Shown in pieces: positions 9,201 through 19,517 of a stretch of DNA of 64,000 nucleotides. Both the position numbers and the translations under genes were made by a program. Numbering within the stretch: position 1 is the stretch's first letter; the number at the start of each line of letters is the position of its first letter. The notes below the pieces were generated by a model. The model did not search any database. It saw nothing but the letters and a program-made list of their open reading frames with translations, and was not told the origin of the DNA. The DNA is from an uncultured Candidatus Sumerlaeota bacterium. GTDB taxonomy: Bacteria; Sumerlaeota; Sumerlaeia; UBA8349. The stretch spans positions 3,452,389 to 3,516,388 of the forward strand of contig OW818685.1 in the NCBI GenBank assembly GCA_942493245.1, written 5' to 3'.

Positions 9201-9594
9201 TCAACGACCGTCCCAGGGATGGCCACGCTGGTGTGAGGAACAACTGGAACCGGAGAATTCAGACTTTGTCCTGGTCATCTGTACGCAAACCTACCTCGAT
9301 CGAATAAAAGGTAAAGTTCGAGCCGACGAAGGACACGGGGTCTATTGGGAAGGGTCTCTTCTCTACGATTACATCTATGATTCGAAAAGCAATACTCGTT
9401 TCATTCCGGTTCTGTTGAAAGGGGGAAAAGAAGACCATATTCCGCGCCCGATAAAAAGTTCCGGATGGTACAAGATTGAAAAGTTCGATCTTTCGGATCC
9501 GGGTTATAACGCGCTTTATGGGGTCCTGACCAATCAACCGGAGGTCAAAAAACCTCCCAGAGGCACGATTAAACGTCTTCCCGCGAAACCATGA
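6244..9594 (+). CDS. ROCO-family multidomain protein: cysteine-containing LRR - Roc GTPase - COR - C-terminal SEFIR/TIR-like domain
   Basis: ATG at 6244 (the ORF track opens at a TTG at 6190, in frame). About 14 LRRs of the LxxLxLSGCxNL type (nt about 6300-7250). Roc GTPase with G1 GNGWVGKTS (nt 7390 onward), G3 DFGGQ and G4 NKCASD. A COR-like region of about 350 aa follows. The C-terminal domain (nt 9085-9510) begins PKVFISYSHETAEHDERIRKLADQL and contains NTRFIPVLLKGGKEDHIP, which closely resembles SEFIR domains (compare Act1 RKVFITYSMD ... FRFIPVLFPNAKKEHVP). Confidence 0.85.
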   Translation: MDSQQDGMAIAHELIREAKKTHALFLDLGNLGLTELPRELEELVWLEGLNLSVLFRDIVHMKLVVSINEYSPNRIKCLPSWIRKLQCLRHLFLTDLEKLNNMEELQSLEVLSLTDCNDLTNVDNLQDLIRLQALDLSRCSCLTNVDGLQKLNGLKVLDLSVCSKLKSINCLQKMNKLQVLNLDGCWSLENISCQPQPSQLRLLNARGCCNLPHINILQGLNHLQTLDLSGCGNLAQVNVQGLRELQSLYLSGCENLTQIRGLQGLNHLQTLDLGGCENIARVNVQGLRQLQSLRLRRCLSLSLVNIQGLNKLRSLDLCACTSLTSLPDSVLYMPQLEELFLCESSIYDIPRPLLGRDYYENCLPGIRAHFHDLEQGEELDREVKLILLGNGWVGKTSVCRRLIENRFDKHEKSTHGVRFWPWRLKEKEGEERAITVNVWDFGGQDIYYGTHALFHQGRAVFVIVWDAETEGTDFTQDEETQLTHRNYPVQYWLDYVQSVSPGSPVVIVQNKCASDFDYRAVSLTIKNSSQHPLQCRFCAEEADDARNNRQLLVHYLEEAVEKVLGHKGTQRIGVGRWGVKQELRRLLNEEKTQTLSIERYRKICRDHHLDKAGADALLEFLHHSGTVYHQANLFDNAIILDLRWVCDAIYTLLDRHKGCYHDIRERNGQFTGNLLNRLVWREAGYQLSEQDLFIEMMQSCKICFKLGENDRKEAVYLAPDLTPNYTDVAGGCYWEEKGETFYWRYDHGFLGPNVLRQAMIEIGKTYRQSACYWQNGFYLPLNALQSRARVTAEYGQNGNPSPGHITLAIQGAGNPQNKMEMLGILRNAFEEDRRYRWRESNRKDWGLEQKKTGIRYQVSLDGEHWVDLEALKTMRDLGNPHVASFGDNDAPPVQQEVADYLHYLDHLDTPSRFDGETPRPLPLAKNQDTLTPITDEKETKPMSPANPPKVFISYSHETAEHDERIRKLADQLCEKDGIEVELDQYHQRPSQGWPRWCEEQLEPENSDFVLVICTQTYLDRIKGKVRADEGHGVYWEGSLLYDYIYDSKSNTRFIPVLLKGGKEDHIPRPIKSSGWYKIEKFDLSDPGYNALYGVLTNQPEVKKPPRGTIKRLPAKP
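6897..7130 (+). repeat. intragenic tandem duplication of a two-LRR unit (about 135 bp, two copies)
   Basis: GGATTGAACCACCTTCAGACGCTGGACTTAAGTGGGTGCGGGAACCTAGCCCAAGTCAATGTGCAGGGGCTGAGGGAACTTCAG... from about 6899 recurs at about 7034 with roughly 85% identity by eye. Confidence 0.6.
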
Positions 9595-9610
9595 CTTCTG
9601 CCCTGGAACT

Positions 9611-9650
9611 CAGCGGTTCGGGGGCTTCCGTTCCCCCCGAGCCGCTGTAT
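9611..9650 (+). terminator. putative GC-rich hairpin terminator downstream of the ROCO gene
   Basis: Inverted repeat CAGCGGTTCGGGGG / CCCCCGAGCCGCTG with a 9-nt loop, 17 bp after the stop; the following T-tract is weak. Confidence 0.35.
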
Positions 9651-9798
9651 GCACCTACACTTTTTCCCGGCCTCCCCTCCTTCCCCCATTGCATTCCCTT
9701 TCCAGCTTTGATAAGGTAAAGTGTGATCTTGGGAAGAAGGGGAATGCGAGCATTCCCATCCCCAGATTCGGGATTCGGTATCAGGAGAATGTACCAGC

Positions 9799-10158
9799 AT
9801 GCGGAATATGTTAAACGGCAAGATCCACCGTGCCACCGTCACGGGCGCCGACCTCGCGTATGAGGGAAGCATCACGATCGATCCGGAAACACTCGAAGCA
9901 GTCAACATGCTCGAATACGAGCAAGTTCATGTCCTCAATATCAACAACGGCAACCGGTTCGTGACCTACATCATCAAAGGCGTTCCCGGGGCAAACGAAA
10001 TTCGGATCAATGGCGCGGCCGCCCGCCTGTGCGAGGTGGGCGACAAGGTCATCATCTGTTCGTATGCGGAACTCGAGGAAGAAGTCGCCCGGAAGCATCA
10101 ACCCACGGTCGTGTGGGTGGATGAGGGCAACCGGATCGTGCGCCGCTCGCCTTCGTGA
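9799..10158 (+). CDS. panD: aspartate 1-decarboxylase
   Basis: 119 aa, MLNGKIHRATVTGADLAYEGSITIDPE...NGAAARL, matching the PanD pyruvoyl-enzyme family over its whole length. Confidence 0.9.
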   Translation: MRNMLNGKIHRATVTGADLAYEGSITIDPETLEAVNMLEYEQVHVLNINNGNRFVTYIIKGVPGANEIRINGAAARLCEVGDKVIICSYAELEEEVARKHQPTVVWVDEGNRIVRRSPS

Positions 10159-10185
10159 GTCTGACCTGAAGCGGGACACAGCGCG

Positions 10186-11232
10186 ATGCGTCTCCCGGCA
10201 GGCCACCCGGTCTGCCCGTCCGTGACCCTTCTTTCCGGTTCGCACAAAGGAGCGCTCACCGTGACAGAAAAACCGCAGCCCTATCGCTATCTTTTCGGGC
10301 CGGTGCCTTCGCGCCGGATGGGATTGTCGCTTGGCGTGGACCTGATTCCCCCGAAAACGTGCAGTTACGATTGCCTCTATTGCCAACTGGGCCGCACAAC
10401 CCACCACACGATCGAACGGCGCGAGTGGGTGCCTCTGAAAGATGTCCTCGCGGAACTCGAGCGCTGGTATGCGTCGGGCGCCAAGGCCGACATCCTGACC
10501 CTGGCGGGATCGGGCGAACCCACGCTCCACACCGGGTTTGGCGAAGTTCTGCGCGCCATCAAACGCCTCGGTTCCATTCCGTGCGCGCTGCTGACCAATG
10601 GGTCGCTCCTGCACCTGCCCGAAGTGCGCCGGGACGCCTGCGAAGCGTCCATTGTCAAAGTCACCCTCAGCGTGTCGAACGAAACCGACTGGCGCCGCAT
10701 CCACCGTCCCGCGTCCGGCCTGCAATTCCGTGACACGCTCGGGGGCCTGCGCGACCTGCGTCAGGAATACAAGGGCGAACTCTGGATCGAGGTCATGCTG
10801 ATGGGCGGGACGGGAACCGGCGTGGACATCCGCGAGTTGGCGGAATTCATCGTGCCCCTGCGCGCCGAGCGCGTTCAGATCAACACGCCCGTGCGTCCAC
10901 CCGCCGATTCGGGGGTCTGCTGCCTGTCCGGCCAGGATCTGGAAAATATCGCCCGCCTGTTCGGTTCGCGCGCCGAGGTCATCGGACACTTCAAGGGAAA
11001 AGCGTCCTCGACGACTCCCCTGAGCGACGAGGTCATTCTGGCGCTGGTTCTGCGCCACCCCTGCACTTCGTCCGATGTGGCCACCGCCCTGGGGCTTGAA
11101 ACGTCCGATGCGGCGCGCCGGCTCGAACTGCTCACGCAAAGCGGGCAAGTCCGCGCGACCCTCTCGGCGGGTTCCTGCTATTACGGCTCGCCCGAGCCGT
11201 TCTCGCACCACACCCCGGGAAAAACCCTGTAA
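10186..11232 (+). CDS. radical SAM domain protein
   Basis: 348 aa with the CxxxCxxC cluster motif (CSYDCLYC) following the N-terminal FGPVPSRRMGLSLGVDL; a later GSGEP motif. Start codon uncertain. Confidence 0.75.
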   Translation: MRLPAGHPVCPSVTLLSGSHKGALTVTEKPQPYRYLFGPVPSRRMGLSLGVDLIPPKTCSYDCLYCQLGRTTHHTIERREWVPLKDVLAELERWYASGAKADILTLAGSGEPTLHTGFGEVLRAIKRLGSIPCALLTNGSLLHLPEVRRDACEASIVKVTLSVSNETDWRRIHRPASGLQFRDTLGGLRDLRQEYKGELWIEVMLMGGTGTGVDIRELAEFIVPLRAERVQINTPVRPPADSGVCCLSGQDLENIARLFGSRAEVIGHFKGKASSTTPLSDEVILALVLRHPCTSSDVATALGLETSDAARRLELLTQSGQVRATLSAGSCYYGSPEPFSHHTPGKTL

Positions 11233-11606
11233 AGCCGGGGGTAACAGCGCCTATTTTCATGAATTCGGGGGAAGGATGCGACCCGGCGGCGGGCGTGATC
11301 CTTCAGGTTTCTGTCGCCCCTCCGGGGCTTGATCTTATTTTTTCGTTCTGTTCCGGGGGTTCCCTTCGGTCACCCCCGGCTGGCTTACAAGCCTGCGAAG
11401 CACCTGACCTTCGCCCCCTCCGGGGGCTGAAAACCTGATAATTTGATCTCTTCCAATCCTTCAAACGTGAAGATGAAGAATCAAGGGCGGCGCGCTTGGG
11501 GTCAATAAAGCCTTGGCTTGCGGGGCGAAGGTGACTACAATGCCCCCTTGTGCGCTTGGAAAAGCCGCATGGGTTCAGTCCTCTTCACGTTGCAGACAGC
11601 AGCCTC

Positions 11607-12239
11607 ATGCCCCCCATGCTTTCCTCCGTTGATCTCACCCTTCTGATTCCCGGTATCCTGCTTTGCCTGATGGGCTGGACGCTCTACTGGATCAGCCTGA
11701 ACCTGACCGGCGGCCTCACAGGCTGCGTGGCTGGCGTGGCTGCCGTTTATCTGGCGGCGGGACTCCTGAAAGTAGATCCCAACACCATGGTCTGGCTGGT
11801 TCCCCTGGGCGGCGTGTGTGGCTTAGCCCTGGGGATTTTCTTCATGCGGGGCCTCCACCGTTTTCTCTTCTTCTTTGCCGGTTCCGCCCTGGGGCTGGCC
11901 GTCGGGGACCAAGCCTTCGGGTGGGCCACGCTCCATATCGAATCCGCCCAACTCAACCCCCTCCTCTGGCGGGCGGGGTGCGCAATTCTCTGTTCGCTGG
12001 CGGGCGGGATCATCCTCCTGTGGGGGTCGCGCTGGCTGGTCACGCTGGCCACTGCCGTTGCGGGTTCGCTTCTGATCGTCCTGTCCGTGAACGATCCGTT
12101 GTTTCTACTCGCGCTCGCTCCCCTGATTCCCACCTCTTTCCTTTTTCAGATGGGGGTGCTCCGCCGCCTCCTGCCCGACCCGGCGCGGCGAACCGAAATT
12201 GAAGAAGAATACGAAGAATATCCCGAAAACCGCCGTTGA
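11607..12239 (+). CDS. hypothetical integral membrane protein
   Basis: Multiple hydrophobic helices and an acidic C-terminal tail. Start chosen at the first in-frame ATG (11607); the ORF is open from a GTG at 11550. Confidence 0.5.
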   Translation: MPPMLSSVDLTLLIPGILLCLMGWTLYWISLNLTGGLTGCVAGVAAVYLAAGLLKVDPNTMVWLVPLGGVCGLALGIFFMRGLHRFLFFFAGSALGLAVGDQAFGWATLHIESAQLNPLLWRAGCAILCSLAGGIILLWGSRWLVTLATAVAGSLLIVLSVNDPLFLLALAPLIPTSFLFQMGVLRRLLPDPARRTEIEEEYEEYPENRR

Positions 12240-12449
12240 GCGCCAACGGCGCGATCTTTACCAGCCTGGGGCATCACCCAACGAAAACCGACTTGTTTAT
12301 TTCAGTAAGGGCTGAGAGCCACGTTCTGTTCAGCCGTTTAGCCCCTTTTCATAGTTCGGGCCTTCAGCCCTTATAAAGAAGGGACATCTAACCTGGGGCG
12401 ACGCTGCGCTTGCCCCAGGCTGGTATCAATCCGCGCCGTTGGCGCTCAA
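12236..12449. repeat. MITE-like element or long structured hairpin bounded by about 37-bp near-perfect inverted repeats
   Basis: TTGAGCGCCAACGGCGCGATCTTTACCAGCCTGGGGC at 12236-12272 and its reverse complement GCCCCAGGCTGGTATCAATCCGCGCCGTTGGCGCTCAA at 12412-12449 (about 35 of 37 matching), with further nested palindromes inside. The left arm overlaps the stop codon of the upstream gene. Confidence 0.5.
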
Positions 12450-12480
12450 CTGCGGTTTTTATAGACCGTGTTCTTCCGGA

Positions 12481-12530
12481 TCAAAAAGAGAGGACGGGGC
12501 CTCACAATCGAGACCCCGTCCCCGTTTTTT
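12481..12530. terminator. bidirectional rho-independent terminator between convergent genes
   Basis: TCAAAAAGAGAG-GACGGGGC...GACCCCGTC-CCCGTTTTTT: a GC stem flanked by an A-run upstream and a T-run downstream, so it reads as a terminator on both strands (membrane protein on + and glnA on -). Confidence 0.55.
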
Positions 12531-12579
12531 CCCCAGTGAGACTTCCGGAGGGGTGTCCCCCCACCGCTTGTCCGTCCGA

Positions 12580-14781
12580 TCAATAGATCCAGAGCAGTTC
12601 GCGGTACTTCGGCATCGGCCACAACGCATCGTCCACGTACTGTTCGAGTTCGTCGGCGGCGCTACGGCACTCGGACATCAACGGCAGAACCGAGTTGCGG
12701 TACATTTTGGCCTTTTCGAGCGGCGTGCCTTTCGATTCGTCGGCGCGCGTGCGGATATCGTCGAGAGCCTTGAGGTTGCGCTTGAGGGCCGAGACGTTGC
12801 GCGTCAACACGTCCAGAAGCGACTTCTGCGCCGAGACATCCACGTCTTCGCCCATCGCCGCGCGCAACGAAAGAACCGAGTCGGCCACCTGTTTCTGGTA
12901 GTCGAGCGCAACGGGCAGGATCAGCGTACGGCCGATGCTCGCGGTCAACTGCGCTTCGATGGAAATCGTCGTCGAATAGCTTTCGAGCAGGATTTCCTGA
13001 CGCGAGTACACCTCGCGCTCGCTCAACACCTTGTTGCGCGTGAAGATCTCGACGATCTCCTTGTCGGTAAAACGCTCAAGGGCATCCACGGCGTTGCGCA
13101 GGTTGGGCAGACCGCGCTTGCCCGCTTCGATCGTCCACTCGGCGCTGTAGTTGTCGCCATTGAAGATGATCGGCTTGTGCTCGGTGAAATACTTCGCGAG
13201 CAGTTTCTGGATCACGCTGTTCAGATCGCTGCCCTTCTTGTCGAGTTCCTTCTCGAAGTCGGTGGCGATCTCATCGAGCGCCGCCGCTACTGCCGTATTG
13301 ATGGCGATATTGGCCGGCGCAACCGTCTGGCTGGAACCCACCGCGCGGAACTCGAACCGGTTGCCCGTGAACGCGAACGGCGACGTGCGGTTGCGGTCCG
13401 AGGCATCCTTGGGCAGCGGGGGCAACGTCGTCACGCCCACCTTCAGAACGCCACCCTTCACGCCCTTGAATTTCTTTCCCGAAACGATGGACTCGACCAC
13501 TTCGGCCAGCAGATCGCCCAGATAGACCGACAGAATGGCGGGCGGCGCTTCGTGCGCGCCCAGACGGTGATCGTTGGCCGCCGAAGCCACCGAAATCCGG
13601 ATAGCCGTGCCGTATTTGTGAACCGCGCGCAACACGGCGGCCAGGAAGACCAGGAACTGGGCGTTGTCCTGCGGGGTTTCACCCGGATCGAGCAGGTTGT
13701 TGCCTTCCGAGTCGCACATGGACCAGTTGTTGTGTTTGCCACTGCCATTCACACCCTTGAAGGGTTTTTCGTGCAGGAGGCAGACCAGCCCGTGCTCTTC
13801 GGCCGTGGCACGCAGGGTTTCCATGACCAGCATGTTGTGGTCGCACCCCACGTTGGCCGCTTCGAAAACCGGCGCGATTTCAAACTGCGCGGGCGCCACT
13901 TCGTTGTGACGCGTCTTGACCGGAATGCCCAGTTGGAACAGTTTATACTCGGCGTCGGCCATGAAAGCCAGCACACGGCTGCGGATCGCGCCGAAATAGT
14001 GGTCGCTCATCTCCTGGCCCTTGGGAGGCTTGGAACCATAAAGCGTGCGGCCGGCATTGATCAGGTCGGGACGCTGCAAGAAGAGGCGTTTGTCCACGAG
14101 AAAGTATTCCTGCTCGGGACCCACCGTGGTGTTGACGAAGGCCGAGTTCCTGTTGAAAAGCCGCAGGATGCGCATGGCCTGAGTGGACAGCGCCTCGATG
14201 GAACGCAGAAGCGGCGTCTTGCGGTCGAGCGCTTCGCCCGTGTAGGAACAGAAAGCCGTCGGGATGCAAAGCGTGCGGCCATTGGGGCTTTCCAGAATGA
14301 ACGCGGGCGACGTGGGATCCCACGCCGTATAACCGCGCGCCTCGAACGTGGCGCGAATGCCGCCCGAGGGGAAGGACGAGGCGTCCGGTTCACCCTGGAT
14401 CAGCATCTTGCCCGAAAATTCCGTGATGATGTGGCCATCGGAAGTCGGCGTAATGAAAGAGTCGTGTTTCTCGGCCGTCAGGCCAGTCATGGGCTGGAAC
14501 CAGTGCGTGTAGTGCGTGGCGCCCAGTTCGAGCGCCCAGTCTTTCATGGCGTTGGCGATCGCGTCGGCCATGGTCAGATCCAACGGTTTACGCTCGCGGA
14601 TGGACTGCAGGAACGCTCTGTAGATGGGCTTCGGAAGCCTTTCGCGCAGGGCGCGTTCCCCAAAAACAAACCGCCCGTAGATTTCCGAGAGCGGTTTCTT
14701 CATGTAATCAATATCCACCTTGACCGGCTGGGTGTTGGCAATCTGATCAATCGCCTCTTTCCTGTAATTGACCTTACTCAT
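12580..14781 (-). CDS. glnA: glutamine synthetase, type III
   Basis: About 733 aa from the ATG at 14781, which is preceded by a GGAGGAG ribosome-binding site. The length and N-terminal region (MSKVNYRKEAIDQIANT...) are characteristic of GSIII. Confidence 0.85.
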   Translation of the reverse strand: MSKVNYRKEAIDQIANTQPVKVDIDYMKKPLSEIYGRFVFGERALRERLPKPIYRAFLQSIRERKPLDLTMADAIANAMKDWALELGATHYTHWFQPMTGLTAEKHDSFITPTSDGHIITEFSGKMLIQGEPDASSFPSGGIRATFEARGYTAWDPTSPAFILESPNGRTLCIPTAFCSYTGEALDRKTPLLRSIEALSTQAMRILRLFNRNSAFVNTTVGPEQEYFLVDKRLFLQRPDLINAGRTLYGSKPPKGQEMSDHYFGAIRSRVLAFMADAEYKLFQLGIPVKTRHNEVAPAQFEIAPVFEAANVGCDHNMLVMETLRATAEEHGLVCLLHEKPFKGVNGSGKHNNWSMCDSEGNNLLDPGETPQDNAQFLVFLAAVLRAVHKYGTAIRISVASAANDHRLGAHEAPPAILSVYLGDLLAEVVESIVSGKKFKGVKGGVLKVGVTTLPPLPKDASDRNRTSPFAFTGNRFEFRAVGSSQTVAPANIAINTAVAAALDEIATDFEKELDKKGSDLNSVIQKLLAKYFTEHKPIIFNGDNYSAEWTIEAGKRGLPNLRNAVDALERFTDKEIVEIFTRNKVLSEREVYSRQEILLESYSTTISIEAQLTASIGRTLILPVALDYQKQVADSVLSLRAAMGEDVDVSAQKSLLDVLTRNVSALKRNLKALDDIRTRADESKGTPLEKAKMYRNSVLPLMSECRSAADELEQYVDDALWPMPKYRELLWIY

Positions 14782-15631
14782 CTGGTTTTCTCCTCCCTGA
14801 TTTCTCTTGAGCCTTGCCCGATGAAAGCTCGAAGACCTTGATGGCGAACCTCTCACCATTCTTTCGACCGACAGGAACCGGGAAACCCTTCACAAAGTTC
14901 CAGACGGTTTGACACGACCGATTGCTTTCTTGTTACTTGAACTTACTCCCCGCCCACCCAACACTCAATTAAAATACAACAACGCACCCTTTCCTCCGCG
15001 ATTCCCGTTCAAAGGCGTTTGGGTTCACCCCCACCAAACTACCCAGCGCTTCGTGCCCCCACACTTGCGGGGGGGAAATCGTGTGGAGACACGAAGCGTG
15101 GCGTCATGGCCTGGTCCCAGTTCCAGTCCATGAGAGATCCGCAGAAGACCGTCCTTCCTCAACCCGTTCTATTGATCCATCCAAGGCTGCATCCGATCAC
15201 AGCCAGACCTTCCATCTTCAACACCCATTTCCCTAGCAATTGAGATGCCAGAGAGAGTATCTGGAAGCGAATGACTGATATTCAATGTCTTACAATCGAA
15301 TCTAAGCGATATGGACAAAACCAGAACCTACACGCCGGTAGGAGTCTGGCAAAACGCCCTACAAAAATGTAGGAGTAGAGGTGAAACTTTTACCACCCAA
15401 CAGCCCAACGAAGAAGGGGATTTCGAATGGGTCCCATTTTTGAGTCCCTGCCGGAACGCAAACCGAAAGGCGTTTCCGCCCCGGATCATAAAGATTCTTT
15501 GGGATAACGGCTATAGGGCTTATGGACAAATCCCTCTCGGGCCAAAAGAAAAACGCGGCGACACGCGCCTCTGCGCCTGCCACCGCGTTGGGATCCTTTG
15601 GGCCAGAATCCCCGGCCACAGCCTCTTTTGC

Positions 15632-17308
<1,677 letters not shown>

Positions 17309-17490
17309 CTACTATATTCGACTCGGGGGGGGAGATGCCAGAAGATTTTCAGGTTGTTTTCAATGACAGTCTTTCTTGCCAAGGGGGTTTTCCTGCTTGC
17401 GCCCGCCAAGTGGCTTGCATACAATAATCGGGCAGGCCGTGCGGGCTGTTTTTTCTCAAGAGTCAGGGGCCTTTCGCCCCCGAGGTTTTA

Positions 17491-18303
17491 ATGGCCAGAA
17501 ACACGGCGGCGACAGAACGAGCGGAAATTCTCAGACGTTTCGACGAGACGCGCTTGCGCGAGGCTGGGGCGCAGGTACTGGCGGGAGTGGATGAAGCGGG
17601 CCGAGGCGCGCTGGCCGGTCCCGTGGTGGTCGGGGTCGTTGCGCTTGACGCCAAGATTCTCTTTGAGGGTCTCGACGATTCCAAACAACTGAGCGAAGCG
17701 CGGCGTGAGGCGCTCTTCCCGATCATCTGTGAACAGGCCCAGGGGGTCGCCATCGGCTGGGCCACGGCGGAGGAAGTGGATCGGCTCAATGTGCTCGCGG
17801 CCACCCTGCTCGCGGCCCGGCGCGCCCTGGACGTTCTGCCCGTGCGCCCTCAACTGGTCTTGACCGACTACCTGAAGATCCAGGGATTGGATCAGCCGGT
17901 CGAGCCGCTGGTCAAAGGCGACTCGCGTTCACAGGCCATCGCGGCGGCCTCGGTCGTGGCCAAAGTCACACGCGACCGCTGGATGCGCCAGTACGACGCC
18001 GAGTATCCCGAATACGGATTTGCCGGGCATAAAGGGTACGGCGCTCAAACGCACCTGGAAGTCCTCGAACGCGAAGGGTCTTCGACCTTGCACCGGCATT
18101 CCTTTCGTGGCGTGGATTGGTTCGACCGTGAGTACCGAATTTCCCGGTCGCTCGGCCATCTGCTCGAAACCCTTCCGGCGGAAGGGATGGACGAGACGGA
18201 AAGCCGGGACCGATGGCTGAGCGTGGGTTACGCTTTGCCGGAATATGAAGAGCGTCTTTTTCAGCAGGCGCTCCGGCAGCAAATCGCCAGACAAGATCCG
18301 TGA
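17491..18303 (+). CDS. rnhB: ribonuclease HII with a C-terminal extension
   Basis: AGVDEAGRGALAGPVVVGVV metal-binding motif and a DSK motif; about 70 additional C-terminal residues beyond the usual RNase HII length. Confidence 0.8.
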   Translation: MARNTAATERAEILRRFDETRLREAGAQVLAGVDEAGRGALAGPVVVGVVALDAKILFEGLDDSKQLSEARREALFPIICEQAQGVAIGWATAEEVDRLNVLAATLLAARRALDVLPVRPQLVLTDYLKIQGLDQPVEPLVKGDSRSQAIAAASVVAKVTRDRWMRQYDAEYPEYGFAGHKGYGAQTHLEVLEREGSSTLHRHSFRGVDWFDREYRISRSLGHLLETLPAEGMDETESRDRWLSVGYALPEYEERLFQQALRQQIARQDP

Positions 18304-18360
18304 CAAGGTACTTGAACAATCGTACCCCCATTCTTCACCCGAGGAGGCGCCACTTCAATC

Positions 18361-19467
18361 ATGCTGGAACAAAGCCCATCCAATCTTTCCGAATCAAGAC
18401 CCGCAGACGAAATGCCCTACAAAATGTCCGTGCTGTTGCGGACCATGCTGGAACAAGGCGCCTCGGACCTGCACCTGGCCGCCGGCCGTCCGCCCGTGTA
18501 CCGTCTGCACGGCAAGTTGCAGGATGTCGAGGGGCCGAATCTCTCCCCCTCTTTTACGCAGCGGCTTGTTTATTCCGTCCTGAGCGATGTACAGAAGCGG
18601 ATCTTCGAAGAGCATCACGATCTGGACTTTGCTCTGGGTATCTCGGGGCTGGGCCGTTTCCGCGTCAACGTCCACATGCAACGCGGCACGGTGGCCGCCG
18701 CCTTCCGAGCCATTCCGCAACACATCAAGACCTTCGAGGAACTCCACCTGCCCAAAGAAGTCCTTTCGACGCTCTGTGGCCGCCCAGTGGGGTTCATCCT
18801 GGTTACGGGCCCAACCGGATCGGGCAAGTCCACCACGCTGGCCTCGATGATCAGTTATATCAACCTGAATGTGGACAAACACATCATCACCGTGGAAGAC
18901 CCGATCGAGTACCTGCACCCGCACCAGAAGAGCCTGGTGGAACAGCGCGAGGTACACGAGGACACAGAGAGTTTCTCGGAGGCGCTCAAGTACGCGTTGC
19001 GCCAGGACCCGGACATCCTGATGATCGGTGAAATGCGCGATATGGAGACGATTCAGGCGGCCCTGACTGCCGCCGAAACGGGCCACCTGGTTTTCTCGAC
19101 CCTGCACACTCCCGATGTCGTGCAAACCTGCGACCGTATCATTGACGTTTTTCCGCCTCATCAACAGGAGCAGGTCCGAGTCCAGCTGGCGGGCGTACTC
19201 GAGGGTATTCTGGCGCAGAAACTGGTGCCTTCGCTCTACGGCGGCCGCGAGTGCGCGCTGGAAATCCTGCTGGCCACCGACGCCGTGCGCAACCAGCTTC
19301 GTGAAAACATGACGCCGCAGCTCTACTCGACCATTCAGGCGAACCTGAAACTCGGCATGATGACCATGGACCGTTCGCTGCTGAACCTCTACCAGGCGGG
19401 CCGGATCAGCAAACAGGTGATGCTGTCGAACGCCAAGAAACCCGATGATATTCTGACACGGGCGTGA
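18361..19467 (+). CDS. pilT: type IV pilus retraction ATPase PilT (twitching motility protein)
   Basis: GASDLHL, Walker A GPTGSGKST, and the PilT-type core region through ..VFSTLHT... The start may instead be at internal Met 18412 or 18424. Confidence 0.85.
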   Translation: MLEQSPSNLSESRPADEMPYKMSVLLRTMLEQGASDLHLAAGRPPVYRLHGKLQDVEGPNLSPSFTQRLVYSVLSDVQKRIFEEHHDLDFALGISGLGRFRVNVHMQRGTVAAAFRAIPQHIKTFEELHLPKEVLSTLCGRPVGFILVTGPTGSGKSTTLASMISYINLNVDKHIITVEDPIEYLHPHQKSLVEQREVHEDTESFSEALKYALRQDPDILMIGEMRDMETIQAALTAAETGHLVFSTLHTPDVVQTCDRIIDVFPPHQQEQVRVQLAGVLEGILAQKLVPSLYGGRECALEILLATDAVRNQLRENMTPQLYSTIQANLKLGMMTMDRSLLNLYQAGRISKQVMLSNAKKPDDILTRA

Positions 19468-19517
19468 TAGGATATATCCCAGTAGGGTACCCCGTCCGGA
19501 CGGGAGGAGACTGACCG

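Noticed and set aside
9085-9594. Calling the ROCO C-terminal domain a canonical TIR domain
   Set aside because: The start KVFISYSHE and the FIPVLL...KEDHIP segment match the SEFIR branch more closely than classical TIR by eye. I call it SEFIR/TIR-superfamily and leave the exact family to a profile search.
12439-14841. 800-aa ORF on the plus strand
   Set aside because: Antisense shadow of the type III glutamine synthetase gene.
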